A DNA stretch of 64,000 nucleotides from an uncultured Collinsella sp. (GTDB lineage: Bacteria > Actinomycetota > Coriobacteriia > Coriobacteriales > Coriobacteriaceae), in NCBI GenBank assembly GCA_902494715.1, contig CABUUJ010000001.1, forward strand, positions 11,366 through 75,365, read 5' to 3'. Numbering within the stretch: position 1 is the first letter of the stretch; every line of letters begins with the position of its first letter. Positions 55,440-64,000 of the stretch are shown in pieces. The notes beneath the pieces are model-generated. The model had not been told where the DNA came from. It saw only the letters and a list, made by a program, of their open reading frames with translations, and did no database searches. The position numbers and the translations under genes are program-made.

Positions 55440-55842
55440 GGCGCCTCCTATCGATCGACATAATGTCGAGCGCCGGTTCTCGGATTCTCTTTTTGTATAC
55501 AATTTTGTAGACAAAAATACAAGCAGTTCATCGGGCTAATTAGCTTGTTTTGACCCGCCTGTTCGATAGGAAATGAGCATTGACGGCTTCGATACTCCTT
55601 TGCTTTTCAGCTTGGAATTTGGATGCTCATTGAACTTCCGGAGGGGAGCCCTTTATTAAGCTATCGAGATTCTGGGCAGGAGCTCTCACTGGTCTTCGGT
55701 AATGGGGCCAGCTTAATTCGCGACACAGTGTGTCGCGAATGGGAGTAGTCGTTAGGTGTCCTTCAATGGCTACTCATATAAGAACGTCCAAGTGTCGGAT
55801 TTTGTCATTTAGTGTCGTTCTCAGCGACTATTCTGGAGGGTC

Positions 55843-56091
55843 GTGGTCAAAAAAGGCAAATATGAGTACTGTTGCCATTATGGTTGCATTTATTTTGCTA
55901 TAAATTGTAGCTCCAGATGAGATTTGTTCCCATTAAGAGCTACTTTTATTGAACATATGAGGAGAAATAACGTCGTCTGCGGACGAGTGGAACGTTGAAT
56001 AGTTCCTGAAGTGATCAAAATCGCTGCTACTAAACAGGTAGCAGTACTCATATTTGCCCTTTTTTGACCACAGCCCTCTCGGAAACCTTTC
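55843..56091. repeat. Pair of ~29-bp inverted repeats enclosing ~190 bp of AT-rich DNA
   Basis: gtggtcaaaaaaggcaaatatgagtactg (55843-55871) against cagtactcatatttgcccttttttgaccac (56062-56091). They are complementary apart from one extra base. Confidence 0.8.
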
Positions 56092-56164
56092 CAGAGGCGT
56101 CAAACAGCCATAATCCAAAGGTCGCCTCAAACAATTAGCCGGCTAAGAGCGTCCGTGACTACCC

Positions 56165-56229
56165 AAAAGCTGTACGCCAGCATCCAAAGATGTCGAAAAA
56201 TGTCGACTTTGGATACTGGCGTACATGTT
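56165..56229. repeat. 65-bp direct repeat, copy 2
   Basis: aaaagc-TGTACGCCAGCATCCA-aagatgtcgaaaaatgtcgacttt-GGATACTGGCGTACA-tgtt. One stem change relative to copy 1 is compensated (A-T to G-C) and one is not. Confidence 0.9.
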
Positions 56230-56269
56230 CGGCCGTATGGGTTGGGGTGGGCCGGTTGCAATGCGCGTG

Positions 56270-56515
56270 CTAGAGCAGGTTCTTCTGCACCCATGCGATG
56301 ATGTCGCTCGATTCGTAGAGTGGCTTGCCGTCGATGAACAGGCAGGGAACCTGGCGCTTTCCGCCGACGGCGATGAGCGTCTGCTCGGCTTCGGTATCGG
56401 TCGAGATATTGCGCTCGGGGATGGTCACGCCGTTATCGGCAAGGAAACGCTTGACCTTTATGCAGTACGGGCAGCCGGTCATAACGAATAGTGCGAGCTC
56501 ATGATTAGTAGCCAT
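56270..56515 (-). CDS. Glutaredoxin-like protein
   Basis: Track ORF 56270..56554. ATG 56515 gives MATNHELALFVMTGCPYCIKVKRFL...GKRQVPCLFIDG (CPYC active site). Confidence 0.85.
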   Translation of the reverse strand: MATNHELALFVMTGCPYCIKVKRFLADNGVTIPERNISTDTEAEQTLIAVGGKRQVPCLFIDGKPLYESSDIIAWVQKNLL

Positions 56516-56566
56516 GGGTCTCCAATCGGTTGAGGTTTCGATTGAAATACCCAAAGCAGCCGCGGT

Positions 56567-57394
56567 CTATGCGCGCGTCAACGACGACTCGATGGCCTGG
56601 ACCAGAAACGCCGTGGCTCCGGTGCCGCAGGGCTTGTCGTAGTAGTCAACAAAGCGCTGATCGGCAAGATAGCCGTGGGCGAGGCCCAGGTATGCTTCGT
56701 CTTGGGGCTCGTGTCCCCAGTTAAGGGCAATCCATCGACGGTGCATTGCGACAAGTTTGTGGGCCTCGTTGCTCTCTGGGTCGCCAATGCCCATGGCAAT
56801 CGAAAGCTGGCCCAGAACAGCGCGTTCAAGTTCCTTCATGTCGTTCCATGTCTGAGGATCCATGTCCAGCAGCGCCTCGTTTGCCGCATCGATAGCCTCA
56901 TCGCCATAGCGCGCCCGCGCCTCGGCACCGTAGCGCTCCTCGTTTTCCTGCACGGTGCGCCAGCGCTCCAGTTGCGGCAGGACGGCGCCCATGAGCGAGA
57001 CGGCTTCGTCGAGCGACATGCCGGTGTCTTGTGCCAGTCGCGGGGCACAATCCTCGATCATTGCCTCCATGGTGGTGTCGTAGGTGTACTTGCCGTGGTC
57101 GTAGCACCACTTGCAGTAATGGTCGGTCGTGGCGCCCGTGGCATCGGTGCCGCAGTCGTCGGACGTGAGTATCATGCCGCAGCTCTGGCAATAATGCTTG
57201 GGCATTTCGAGCAGGTGGGACAACGGCTCTCCGGTTACGGCTGCAATGAGCTTCATCATGTCGATGCCCGGTGTGACCTCGTCGCGCTCCCAACGGCTGA
57301 CGGCTTGGCGTGTGACGAAGAGCTTGGCGGCGAGCTGCTCTTGGGTAAGGTGATGGGCGCGACGGATGGCAATGAGCTTTTCTGCAAAGGCCAT
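56567..57394 (-). CDS. XRE HTH / zinc-ribbon / TipAS-like three-domain regulator
   Basis: Three segments: an N-terminal HTH (LTQEQLAAKLFVTRQAVSRWERD), a central Cys cluster CQSCG...YCKWCYDHG, and a C-terminal helical domain (...HRRWIALNWGHEP...YLADQRFVDYYD) resembling the TipAS antibiotic-recognition domain. Confidence 0.75.
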   Translation of the reverse strand: MAFAEKLIAIRRAHHLTQEQLAAKLFVTRQAVSRWERDEVTPGIDMMKLIAAVTGEPLSHLLEMPKHYCQSCGMILTSDDCGTDATGATTDHYCKWCYDHGKYTYDTTMEAMIEDCAPRLAQDTGMSLDEAVSLMGAVLPQLERWRTVQENEERYGAEARARYGDEAIDAANEALLDMDPQTWNDMKELERAVLGQLSIAMGIGDPESNEAHKLVAMHRRWIALNWGHEPQDEAYLGLAHGYLADQRFVDYYDKPCGTGATAFLVQAIESSLTRA

Positions 57395-57526
57395 AGCGGC
57401 TCCTTTCTGCTGGTTGATGGCTTAAGCATACGCGGCGGCAGGCGCCCTTCCAAGCAACCGTTGGTTGCACGACAGGAGTCCGCGGCGAAGAATTGCGCGC
57501 AATGCCCCACGCCTCCATGCCGTACA

Positions 57527-58273
57527 ATGACCGGCATGGAACCTATTGCACACATACATACCGACCTGCCGCAGAAGTTCGGCATTCCGCGCAACAGCTT
57601 TTTGGCGCCTCATCTGCAGGGACGCATCGTTTTTGAGCCGGAATTTGCCTCCGATGCAGCGGTTGAGGGTCTGGACTCCTTCTCTCACCTGTGGCTGCTG
57701 TGGCGCTTCGAAAACGGAACGCCGGGCGGCACGGCTAAGGACATAGCTGCCGATGCCAAGTCGCAGGACAGGTCTGGCACCAACGCAAAATGGTCGAAAA
57801 CTGTGCGTCCGCCGCGCCTGGGTGGAGCCGAGCGTGTGGGCGTCTTTGCCACGCGCAGCCCGTTTCGCCCTAATCCCATCGGTCTCACCTGCGTCAAGCT
57901 CGATCGTGTCGAGTTCACCGACGATGGCCCCATCATCCATGTGCTGGGGGCCGACCTGCGTGACGGCACGCCCATCTACGATATCAAGCCCTACATCCCG
58001 TTTGCGGACTGCCACCCGGATGCAACGGGCGGCTGGATTGAGGAGGCTCCGTGGCAAGAGCTCGATGTTGAGTTTCCGCAAGCTCTGCAGGATATGGTCC
58101 CGCCCGCAAAGATTTCTGGCTTGGTCGAGGTTCTACGCCAAGATCCGCGCCGCGCGGGCAGCAAGCACGAGCCAAACCGTGTCTATCATCTGGCCTACGC
58201 CGGGCTCGACATATCGTTTACGGTCGACGAAACCCAGCTAACCGTAGTCGCCGTCAACGACGCGCAAGACTAA
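57527..58273 (+). CDS. trmO: tRNA (N6-threonylcarbamoyladenosine37-N6)-methyltransferase TrmO (YaeB/TsaA family)
   Basis: This is the C-terminal part of track ORF 56675..58273. (MTG)MEPIAHIHTDLPQKFGIPRNS...SHLWLLWRF...RVGVFATRSPFRPNPIGLTCVKL...DGTPIYDIKPYIPFAD. The start is 57527 or 57536. Confidence 0.85.
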   Translation: MTGMEPIAHIHTDLPQKFGIPRNSFLAPHLQGRIVFEPEFASDAAVEGLDSFSHLWLLWRFENGTPGGTAKDIAADAKSQDRSGTNAKWSKTVRPPRLGGAERVGVFATRSPFRPNPIGLTCVKLDRVEFTDDGPIIHVLGADLRDGTPIYDIKPYIPFADCHPDATGGWIEEAPWQELDVEFPQALQDMVPPAKISGLVEVLRQDPRRAGSKHEPNRVYHLAYAGLDISFTVDETQLTVVAVNDAQD

Positions 58274-58384
58274 CCAGCCATTCGTCCGCACCCGTCAAAT
58301 TAAGCGCCAAACTCCGCGCCAAAACCGCCCACGCTGGTGGACAATAACGCCTACCAAAACAATCACTTTGCACGGGGGCTCAGC

Positions 58385-59599
58385 ATGAAATACGACTTTA
58401 GCTCGCTTATCGACCGCCACGGCATGGACTCCATCGCCGTTGACTCCTGGGGCGAGATCCCCGGTATGGCTCCGAACGCACCCGACGAGGGCTTCGACCG
58501 CATTCCCATGTGGGTGGCCGACATGAATTTTGCCACGGTGCCCACGGTCCAGGAGCACATCATTCAGCGCGCCCAGCATCCCATGTTTGGCTACTTTAAC
58601 CCGCGCGCCGAGTACTTCGACCGCATCATCGAATGGCAGAGTCGCCGCAATGGCGTCGAGGGCCTGCGCCCTGAACATATCGGTTACGAAAACGGCGTGC
58701 TGGGCGGTGTCGTGTCGACGCTGCGTGCGTATGTTCAGCCAGGCGATGCGGTGCTGGTCCACAGCCCCACCTACATCGGCTTTACCAAGTCCATCGAGGC
58801 CGCGGGCTATCGTATTGTCCACAGCCCGCTTAAGCTCGACGACCAGGGCGTGTGGCGCATGGACTTTGAGGACATGGAGTGCAAACTCGCCCAAAACCAC
58901 ATTCATGCCGCGGTGTTCTGCTCGCCGCACAATCCCTGCGGTCGCGTGTGGGAGCGCGACGAGATTGAGCGAGCCATGGATATTTATCGCCAGCACGATT
59001 GCGTGGTGATCTCGGACGAGATTTGGTCCGATATCATCCTGCCGGGGCACAAGCACATCCCGACGCAGTCGGTGAGCGAGGACGCCCGCATGCGCACGGT
59101 TGCCCTTTACGCACCCAGCAAGACCTTCAACCTGGCGGGTCTGGTCGGCAGCTACCACATCATCTACAACGAGACGCTGCGCGACCGCGTGTGCGCCGTG
59201 TCCAACAAGACTCACTACAACGAGATGAACGTCCTCTCCATGCATGCGCTTATCGGCGCCTACCAGCCGCAAGGCTACGAGTGGGTGGACGAGCTCAACC
59301 AGGTGCTTGCCGGCAATATCGACTACTTCTGCGATTACGTGGACGAGCATTTTGAGGGTGTGTCCTATTCACGTCCGCAGGGCACGTACATGGTGTTTCT
59401 GGACTGCACCGAGTGGTGCCGAGAGCATGGCCGCGATATTCAGTGGTTGCTCGACGAGGGGGCGCGCGTGGGCGTGGGGTATCAGGACGGCCGCCCGTTC
59501 CACGGACCCTGCCACATTCGCGTGAATCTGGCGCTGCCGCTTTCGCGCGTAAGGGAGGCGTGCGACCGCCTGGACCACTACGTTTTTAATGCACGGTAA
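58385..59599 (+). CDS. MalY/PatB-family PLP-dependent C-S lyase (cystathionine beta-lyase-like aminotransferase class I/II)
   Basis: Track ORF 58337..59599. ATG 58385 gives MKYDFSSLIDRHGMDSIAV...MWVADMNF...CSPHNPCGRVW...YAPSKTFNLAG (PLP Lys). Confidence 0.85.
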   Translation: MKYDFSSLIDRHGMDSIAVDSWGEIPGMAPNAPDEGFDRIPMWVADMNFATVPTVQEHIIQRAQHPMFGYFNPRAEYFDRIIEWQSRRNGVEGLRPEHIGYENGVLGGVVSTLRAYVQPGDAVLVHSPTYIGFTKSIEAAGYRIVHSPLKLDDQGVWRMDFEDMECKLAQNHIHAAVFCSPHNPCGRVWERDEIERAMDIYRQHDCVVISDEIWSDIILPGHKHIPTQSVSEDARMRTVALYAPSKTFNLAGLVGSYHIIYNETLRDRVCAVSNKTHYNEMNVLSMHALIGAYQPQGYEWVDELNQVLAGNIDYFCDYVDEHFEGVSYSRPQGTYMVFLDCTEWCREHGRDIQWLLDEGARVGVGYQDGRPFHGPCHIRVNLALPLSRVREACDRLDHYVFNAR

Positions 59600-59609
59600 G
59601 TGAGCACTG

Positions 59610-59651
59610 CATGCGGGGCCTTCTGCCAAGTCGGCTGGAAGGCCCCGCATG
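59610..59651 (+). terminator. 14-bp-stem hairpin after the lyase gene (terminator-like, no clear U-tract)
   Basis: catgcggggccttc / gaaggccccgcatg. Confidence 0.4.
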
Positions 59652-59743
59652 GTAAAACGTCTGTAACCATTGGGCACTCGTGTGGTTTTGTTTGCTATTA
59701 TTTTCTACCATTTCAGTCTGTAAACAGGATCGTCTGGAGCTCG

Positions 59744-60613
59744 ATGAAAAGACCCCGTCGCTCGGTTGCCATATCGTTGTTTGTTGCGCTTGCGGTAGCG
59801 TGCGCCTTTGTCGTAGCGATAGCTGGCTGTTCTGGGCGTAATGACGAAGCCTCGACGTCTGTATTAGAAGGTTTGGACGCCTCGCAAGTCAAAGACGACG
59901 ACCTCAAGACGCTCAATGTTGGCAGCGACCTCTATCCACCGTTTGTGTATACCGACGAGTACGGCGATATCGTTGGCCTGGATGTCGAGATATTAACCGA
60001 GGCTTTGGCTCGCATTGGCTACAAGCCAAAATACCGGCTGATCGATTGGGAAAAGAAGAAAGAGCTGCTGGGGAGCGGCGAACTCGATTGTGTCATGGGC
60101 AGCTTTAGCATGACGGGTCGCGAAAACGAGTATCGTTGGGCCGGCCCGTACCTTGCGAGCCGCCAGGTAGTCGCGGTCGATCCCCAGAGCGATATCTACA
60201 CGCTTGCCGATCTTGAGGATAAGGTCGTGGCGGTCCAGTCCACCACCAAGCCCGAGGACATTTTGCTCAATCGTACAAATGAAAACGTTCTGCAGATCAA
60301 AGAGCTCTACAGCTTTTCGGACCGTTCGTATCTGAACCCGGCGCTCGTCGAGGGTCTGGTCGACGCCATCGCCGCGCATGAGTCCTCGCTGCTCACCTAC
60401 GAAAAAGACTATGGCGTAACGTATCGCATTTTGGATGAGCCGCTGCTAGAGGTTGGTTTGGGCACCGCTTTCGATATCAACGATACGCGTGGCATCGACG
60501 TTAAGCTCACTCATGCCTACCAAGAAATGCTTGTCGATGGCACCATGGAACGTCTGGTGTCAAAGTACTTTGATGACCCTTCGCCATTTTTGAATATGGA
60601 GGGCCTGTCATGA
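59744..60613 (+). CDS. Family-3 solute-binding lipoprotein (amino-acid-ABC-type SBP)
   Basis: Track ORF 59600..60613. ATG 59744 gives MKRPRRSVAISLFVALAVACAFVVAIAGC (lipobox). LNVGSDLYPPFVYTDEYGDIVGLDVEI is the SBP_bac_3 pattern. Confidence 0.85.
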   Translation: MKRPRRSVAISLFVALAVACAFVVAIAGCSGRNDEASTSVLEGLDASQVKDDDLKTLNVGSDLYPPFVYTDEYGDIVGLDVEILTEALARIGYKPKYRLIDWEKKKELLGSGELDCVMGSFSMTGRENEYRWAGPYLASRQVVAVDPQSDIYTLADLEDKVVAVQSTTKPEDILLNRTNENVLQIKELYSFSDRSYLNPALVEGLVDAIAAHESSLLTYEKDYGVTYRILDEPLLEVGLGTAFDINDTRGIDVKLTHAYQEMLVDGTMERLVSKYFDDPSPFLNMEGLS

Positions 60614-62802
60614 TCGATGCGCCCGACCACGCCGCTCAGGGGTGGGGCAATCGTTCGACAGGGGCATGGCTCCTTGTCGCCCTGCTGGGGATAGCGCTCT
60701 CGGTTGTTGCCGGCATGATGAGCTACGGCTACACGACAGCTCAGGCCGAGCAGCGCTTTGCCGACGTTGTCGATTACGTGGCGACGCAGAGCCTTTCCTA
60801 CGATGCATTCAATAGCGCCTATACGACCAAAAACCTGATTCGTGTTATGGAGATCGCAGGAGAGACAGCGCGCGATATGGAGCGCGACGGTTCGGTGGAT
60901 AACGCCATGCTGGAGCAATATGCCGACCAGTTCAACGTGAGTGCACTGATCGTGACGGACGCATCGGGCAATTTGGTGTCCGAGTCCTCGACGGATGGCG
61001 TGGGCTACGAGTCGCTCGCTACGTATCTCAAGGAAGCACCCGTGCTGGAGGTGGCAGCCCATCCGCTTAAGTCCTATACCGCCCGCATTACGCTTTCGGA
61101 TGATTCGGTCGCAGACATTGGCTGCGTAACCCGGCAGGATGACGAGGGCATCGTTATCGCGGTCAGGCATCAGAGCGCGAAGGCAGTTGCAAGCAATACG
61201 CTCAAACTGCAGAGCCTGCTCGGTGGTTATGAGACCATCGACAGTGGCAATATCGTGATCGAAAGCGATGGCAAGGTCGTTGCGACCAATGCCGTTGAAC
61301 CCACCATATTGGGCGTATTCGATCTGCCTGCAACGGATGTCTTTATTGTCGACGGTATTAAGGATCGATGCCTGCCCGGCAAAGTCCGACTGGTCAACGC
61401 CAGCGGCGAGTGGTATTTGGGCACATTTGGAAAAGCGCGCGGGTTCTACGTGTACACCTATGCCTCGGCGCGGCGCTACTTTGAGGTCGTCGCGGCTGTT
61501 GCTGCCGGCGTGCTGGTGCTCTACAGCGGTGTTATAGCCGTTGTTGTGATGGTGCGTCGCCGCGCTGATCGTCGACGTTTGACGGACTTGCTGCAGCAGG
61601 AGCGCGACTATGGCGACAAACTGGCAAAGGCAGCGCGTGAGGCCTCGTCTGCCAACTCGGCAAAGACGGAGTTTTTGCGTCGCATGAGCCACGATCTGCG
61701 CACGCCCATCAACGGCATTCGCGGTATGGTTGAGGTCGGCGATGCCAATGCGGACGATCTTCAAAAGCAGACCGAGTGCCGCTCAAAGATCTGGATGGCA
61801 TCGGGACTGCTGCTCGACCTTGCCAACGAGGCCCTGGATATGAGTCGCCTGGAGAGCGGGCAGGTCGATCTGGAGCTTGTTCCCACAAACTTGGTGACCC
61901 TCAACCACGAGGTGCGCGATATTCTGGAGCGCCAGGCCGAGGAGCGTCTGGTGACAATTATCTGCGACCAGCAGACGCTTAATCATCCCTATGCGCGGGT
62001 GAGTGTGACGCACCTCAAGCGCTTGTTGCTCAATATTGCCGGCAATGCCGTCAAGTACAACCGCCAGGGCGGCTATGTTCGCCTGGTGTGCCGCGAGGTG
62101 GAGCCAGCGGATGGCGTCCCCGTCTATGAATACACGATCGCCGACAACGGTATTGGCATGAGCGAGGAGTTCCAACAGCGCCTCTACGAGCCGTTTTGCC
62201 GTGAGGGACAACAGGTGGAAGGCGCTTCATCGGGAACTGGCCTGGGCGCGCCTATCGCAAAACAGTTGGTCGAGCTTATGGGCGGAACCATGAGTTTTAC
62301 GAGCGTCTTGGGGCAGGGGACGACGTTTACCATCCGCCTGCCGTTCGAGAAATGCAAGCGCTCCGAGATTCCTCAGGCTGTGCGCGTGGACGCGGGAGAC
62401 GGCGATGCACTCCAGGGCTTGCGCGTTTTGCTCGTAGAGGATAACGATCTGAATGCCGAGATCGCGCAGTTTACGCTCAGCCGTACCGGTGCCGTCGTGA
62501 CACACGCTAGGGATGGTGAGTCTGCCGTCGAGATATTTGCCGCGAGCGTGCCGCACGAGTACGACGTGGTGTTGATGGACATCATGATGCCGGGCATCGA
62601 TGGCCTTGAGGCCACACGTCAGATTCGAGCACTCGATCGCGAGGATGCCGCGACCACGCCGATTATCGCCGTGAGCGCCAACGCCTTTGCCGACGACCGC
62701 AGGCTTTCGCGTGAGGCGGGCATGAACGCGCACCTGAGTAAACCCGTGAGCTCGCAGGAGCTCATTGAGGCGCTTGCGCACATAGCCGCCGACGCTCTAT
62801 AA
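60610..62802 (+). CDS. Hybrid sensor histidine kinase / response regulator
   Basis: 4-nt overlap (ATGA) with the SBP gene. It has a TM-bounded sensor region, H-box FLRRMSHDLRTPINGI, HATPase GTGLGAPIAKQLVELMGG, and a C-terminal REC domain (VLLVEDNDLN...VLMDIMMPGIDG). Confidence 0.9.
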   Translation: MIDAPDHAAQGWGNRSTGAWLLVALLGIALSVVAGMMSYGYTTAQAEQRFADVVDYVATQSLSYDAFNSAYTTKNLIRVMEIAGETARDMERDGSVDNAMLEQYADQFNVSALIVTDASGNLVSESSTDGVGYESLATYLKEAPVLEVAAHPLKSYTARITLSDDSVADIGCVTRQDDEGIVIAVRHQSAKAVASNTLKLQSLLGGYETIDSGNIVIESDGKVVATNAVEPTILGVFDLPATDVFIVDGIKDRCLPGKVRLVNASGEWYLGTFGKARGFYVYTYASARRYFEVVAAVAAGVLVLYSGVIAVVVMVRRRADRRRLTDLLQQERDYGDKLAKAAREASSANSAKTEFLRRMSHDLRTPINGIRGMVEVGDANADDLQKQTECRSKIWMASGLLLDLANEALDMSRLESGQVDLELVPTNLVTLNHEVRDILERQAEERLVTIICDQQTLNHPYARVSVTHLKRLLLNIAGNAVKYNRQGGYVRLVCREVEPADGVPVYEYTIADNGIGMSEEFQQRLYEPFCREGQQVEGASSGTGLGAPIAKQLVELMGGTMSFTSVLGQGTTFTIRLPFEKCKRSEIPQAVRVDAGDGDALQGLRVLLVEDNDLNAEIAQFTLSRTGAVVTHARDGESAVEIFAASVPHEYDVVLMDIMMPGIDGLEATRQIRALDREDAATTPIIAVSANAFADDRRLSREAGMNAHLSKPVSSQELIEALAHIAADAL

Positions 62803-62804
62803 GC

Positions 62805-62844
62805 ATATGGCCTGGTTCCAAGGTGGGTTGGAACCAGGCCATAT
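62805..62844. terminator. Bidirectional hairpin between convergent genes
   Basis: atatggcctggttcca / tggaaccaggccatat gives a 16-bp perfect stem. Confidence 0.7.
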
Positions 62845-62871
62845 TGTTATTGATGAGGCCTGCTTAGGGGC

Positions 62872-63351
62872 TTACTTTTCCTGAATCTGCTTGCCGCAGA
62901 GATGCTCAATCGTAATCTCGTAGAGCTGGACGCCCTTAATGTCCTTGGCGATTTCCTCTTCGACTTCCTCGGCGGAAGGGTAGTACTTAAGGGCGAGCTG
63001 GCGGACTTTGTCTTCGATAAACGCGGGAGTGTCGTTCGCCAGGCGACAGCGGCCAAAGACCACGGTACTCATAACGTAGGGAGCCCAGTCACCGTCCTTG
63101 TGCCACTCGTTGCCGTAAACGGTAAAGCAGACCTTGTCATCGCGCTTGAGTGCGTCGACCTTGTGGCCGGCTTTGGCGCCATGGAAATAAATCTTGTCGT
63201 GCTCGGCGTCAAAGAAGTAGTTGACGGGAATGGCGTACGGGTAGCCATCGTCGCCGTTGACGGCAAAGACGCCGCGCTTGCAGGTAGCGAGCAGTTCGCG
63301 CGCTTCCTCGTCAGTGATGGCGCGTTTCTTTCGACGTAAGGGCCTAAACAT
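62872..63351 (-). CDS. Pyridoxamine 5'-phosphate oxidase-family flavoprotein (Nim-like)
   Basis: Track ORF 62872..63390. ATG 63351 gives MFRPLRRKKRAITDEEARELLATCKRGVFAVNGDDGYPYAIPVNYFF...IYFHGAKAGHK. Confidence 0.8.
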   Translation of the reverse strand: MFRPLRRKKRAITDEEARELLATCKRGVFAVNGDDGYPYAIPVNYFFDAEHDKIYFHGAKAGHKVDALKRDDKVCFTVYGNEWHKDGDWAPYVMSTVVFGRCRLANDTPAFIEDKVRQLALKYYPSAEEVEEEIAKDIKGVQLYEITIEHLCGKQIQEK

Positions 63352-63393
63352 CGTTGGCTTCCTTTCTGGTCGTGCGTGGTGGTTGAGCACAAA

Positions 63394-64000
63394 CTATAGC
63401 GAAACGGATCCGTTTTTCTTGATGCGGGCGAGTATGTTTTTGAGCTTGTTAAAGTCGAGCGGTTTGGACAGATGGGCGTTCATGCCGGCGTCGTGTGCCG
63501 CCTTGGCGTCCTCGGCAAAGGCATTGGCGGTGAGCGCGATGATGGGGATATCGGCTGCATCGACCTTCTCGCTCAGGCGAATCGCGCGGGTTGCCTCGTA
63601 ACCGTCCATGTCCGGCATCATAATGTCCATCAGGATCGCATCGAAGCTGCCGGCGGGATGAGACAGGTACAGATCGACGACTTCGTTGCCGTTGACGGCG
63701 CGGGTGACCACGACGCCCTCGGATTCTAGCAGCGTCTGGGCAATCTCGGCATTCAATTCGTTGTCTTCGGCGAGCAGCACGTTCATGTCGGCGAGCGAGC
63801 AGTCGAGCGCCCTCTCGACCGTATTCGCCCGCGCCCGGGGGTTCTTGTCGATATCGATCGGAATTTCCACGTAGAACGTGGTGCCCACATGGAGTTCGCT
63901 GGTGACTTCGATGGTGCCGCCCATCAGTTCAATAAGCGACTTGACGATTGGCATGCCCATACCGGTTCCTTGGAACTTGCTGCGCGCATCGTCACCTTCT
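63394..64000 (-). CDS. Hybrid sensor histidine kinase, C-terminal part (HATPase end plus REC); N-terminus beyond the right window edge
   Basis: The reading frame continues upstream of track ORF 63394..63960 (…GTGMGMPIVKSLIELMGGTIEV...). The REC domain reads VLLAEDNELNAEI...ILMDIMMPDMDG...SKP. Confidence 0.85.
   Translation of the reverse strand, partial: EGDDARSKFQGTGMGMPIVKSLIELMGGTIEVTSELHVGTTFYVEIPIDIDKNPRARANTVERALDCSLADMNVLLAEDNELNAEIAQTLLESEGVVVTRAVNGNEVVDLYLSHPAGSFDAILMDIMMPDMDGYEATRAIRLSEKVDAADIPIIALTANAFAEDAKAAHDAGMNAHLSKPLDFNKLKNILARIKKNGSVSL

Noticed and set aside
55933-56130. 65-aa minus-strand ORF in the AT-rich insert
   Set aside because: It spans one arm of the 29-bp inverted repeat, has no RBS and an odd composition. 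It is probably spurious.
56675-57526. N-terminal ~284 aa of track ORF 56675..58273
   Set aside because: This part is antisense to the XRE/TipAS regulator gene. Recognisable TrmO sequence begins only at MTGMEPIAHIH (57527/57536).

Overview
Everything here comes from reading the sequence and the ORF track by eye. No searches, HMMs or statistics were run, and all family names are motif-level recognitions from memory.

The window is a 64-kb chromosomal segment from a high-GC Gram-positive bacterium. G+C looks like about 60-65% by eye, with three or four visibly lower-GC patches. A Tat signal, an LAxTG sorting signal, a LuxR regulator, many PTS genes and hybrid kinases suggest a Coriobacteriia-like gut Actinomycetota. 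That assignment is inference only.

About 55 real genes are supported. Many long ORFs in the track are antisense shadows typical of high-GC DNA, and many true genes start downstream of the track's first start codon.

**Core genes:** ychF, asparaginase, guaA, a ParE/ParC-like type IIA topoisomerase pair, Dus, TrmO, a MalY/PatB-type lyase and a glutaredoxin.

**Accessory modules:**
1. An alpha-glucoside PTS with a GH4 6-phospho-alpha-glucosidase.
2. A block of about 10.4 kb immediately after guaA, bounded by an exact 15-bp repeat of the guaA 3' end.
   - It carries a LevR-like regulator with a degenerate AAA+ domain.
   - It carries a mannose-family PTS (IIB-IIC-IID-IIA), a cytoplasmic DUF2961/GH172 protein and a ROK fructokinase.
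   - It ends in a lower-GC trio of methyltransferase genes.
3. A redox/detoxification block: Fe-ADH, two aldo-keto reductases, LysR, and a MerR-controlled CMD-cupin / hydrolase / flavoprotein cassette.
4. An orphan STAND-like ATPase with a 3x19-bp tandem repeat in its promoter.
5. A protein of about 1455 aa with a Tat signal, an LAGTG anchor and no domain I recognise, next to a LuxR regulator.
6. A two-component system, a 48-aa CXXC micro-ORF, a membrane polyferredoxin, a TlpA-like lipoprotein and a MacB-like fused ABC transporter.
7. A TetR-controlled cassette flanked by related hairpin repeats. It holds two paralogous MFS transporters, an agmatine-deiminase-family enzyme and an atypical carbamoyltransferase, with no carbamate kinase.
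8. A low-GC insert of about 1.1 kb bounded by 65-bp hairpin direct repeats.

I found no rRNA, tRNA, CRISPR array, intact transposase or integrase.
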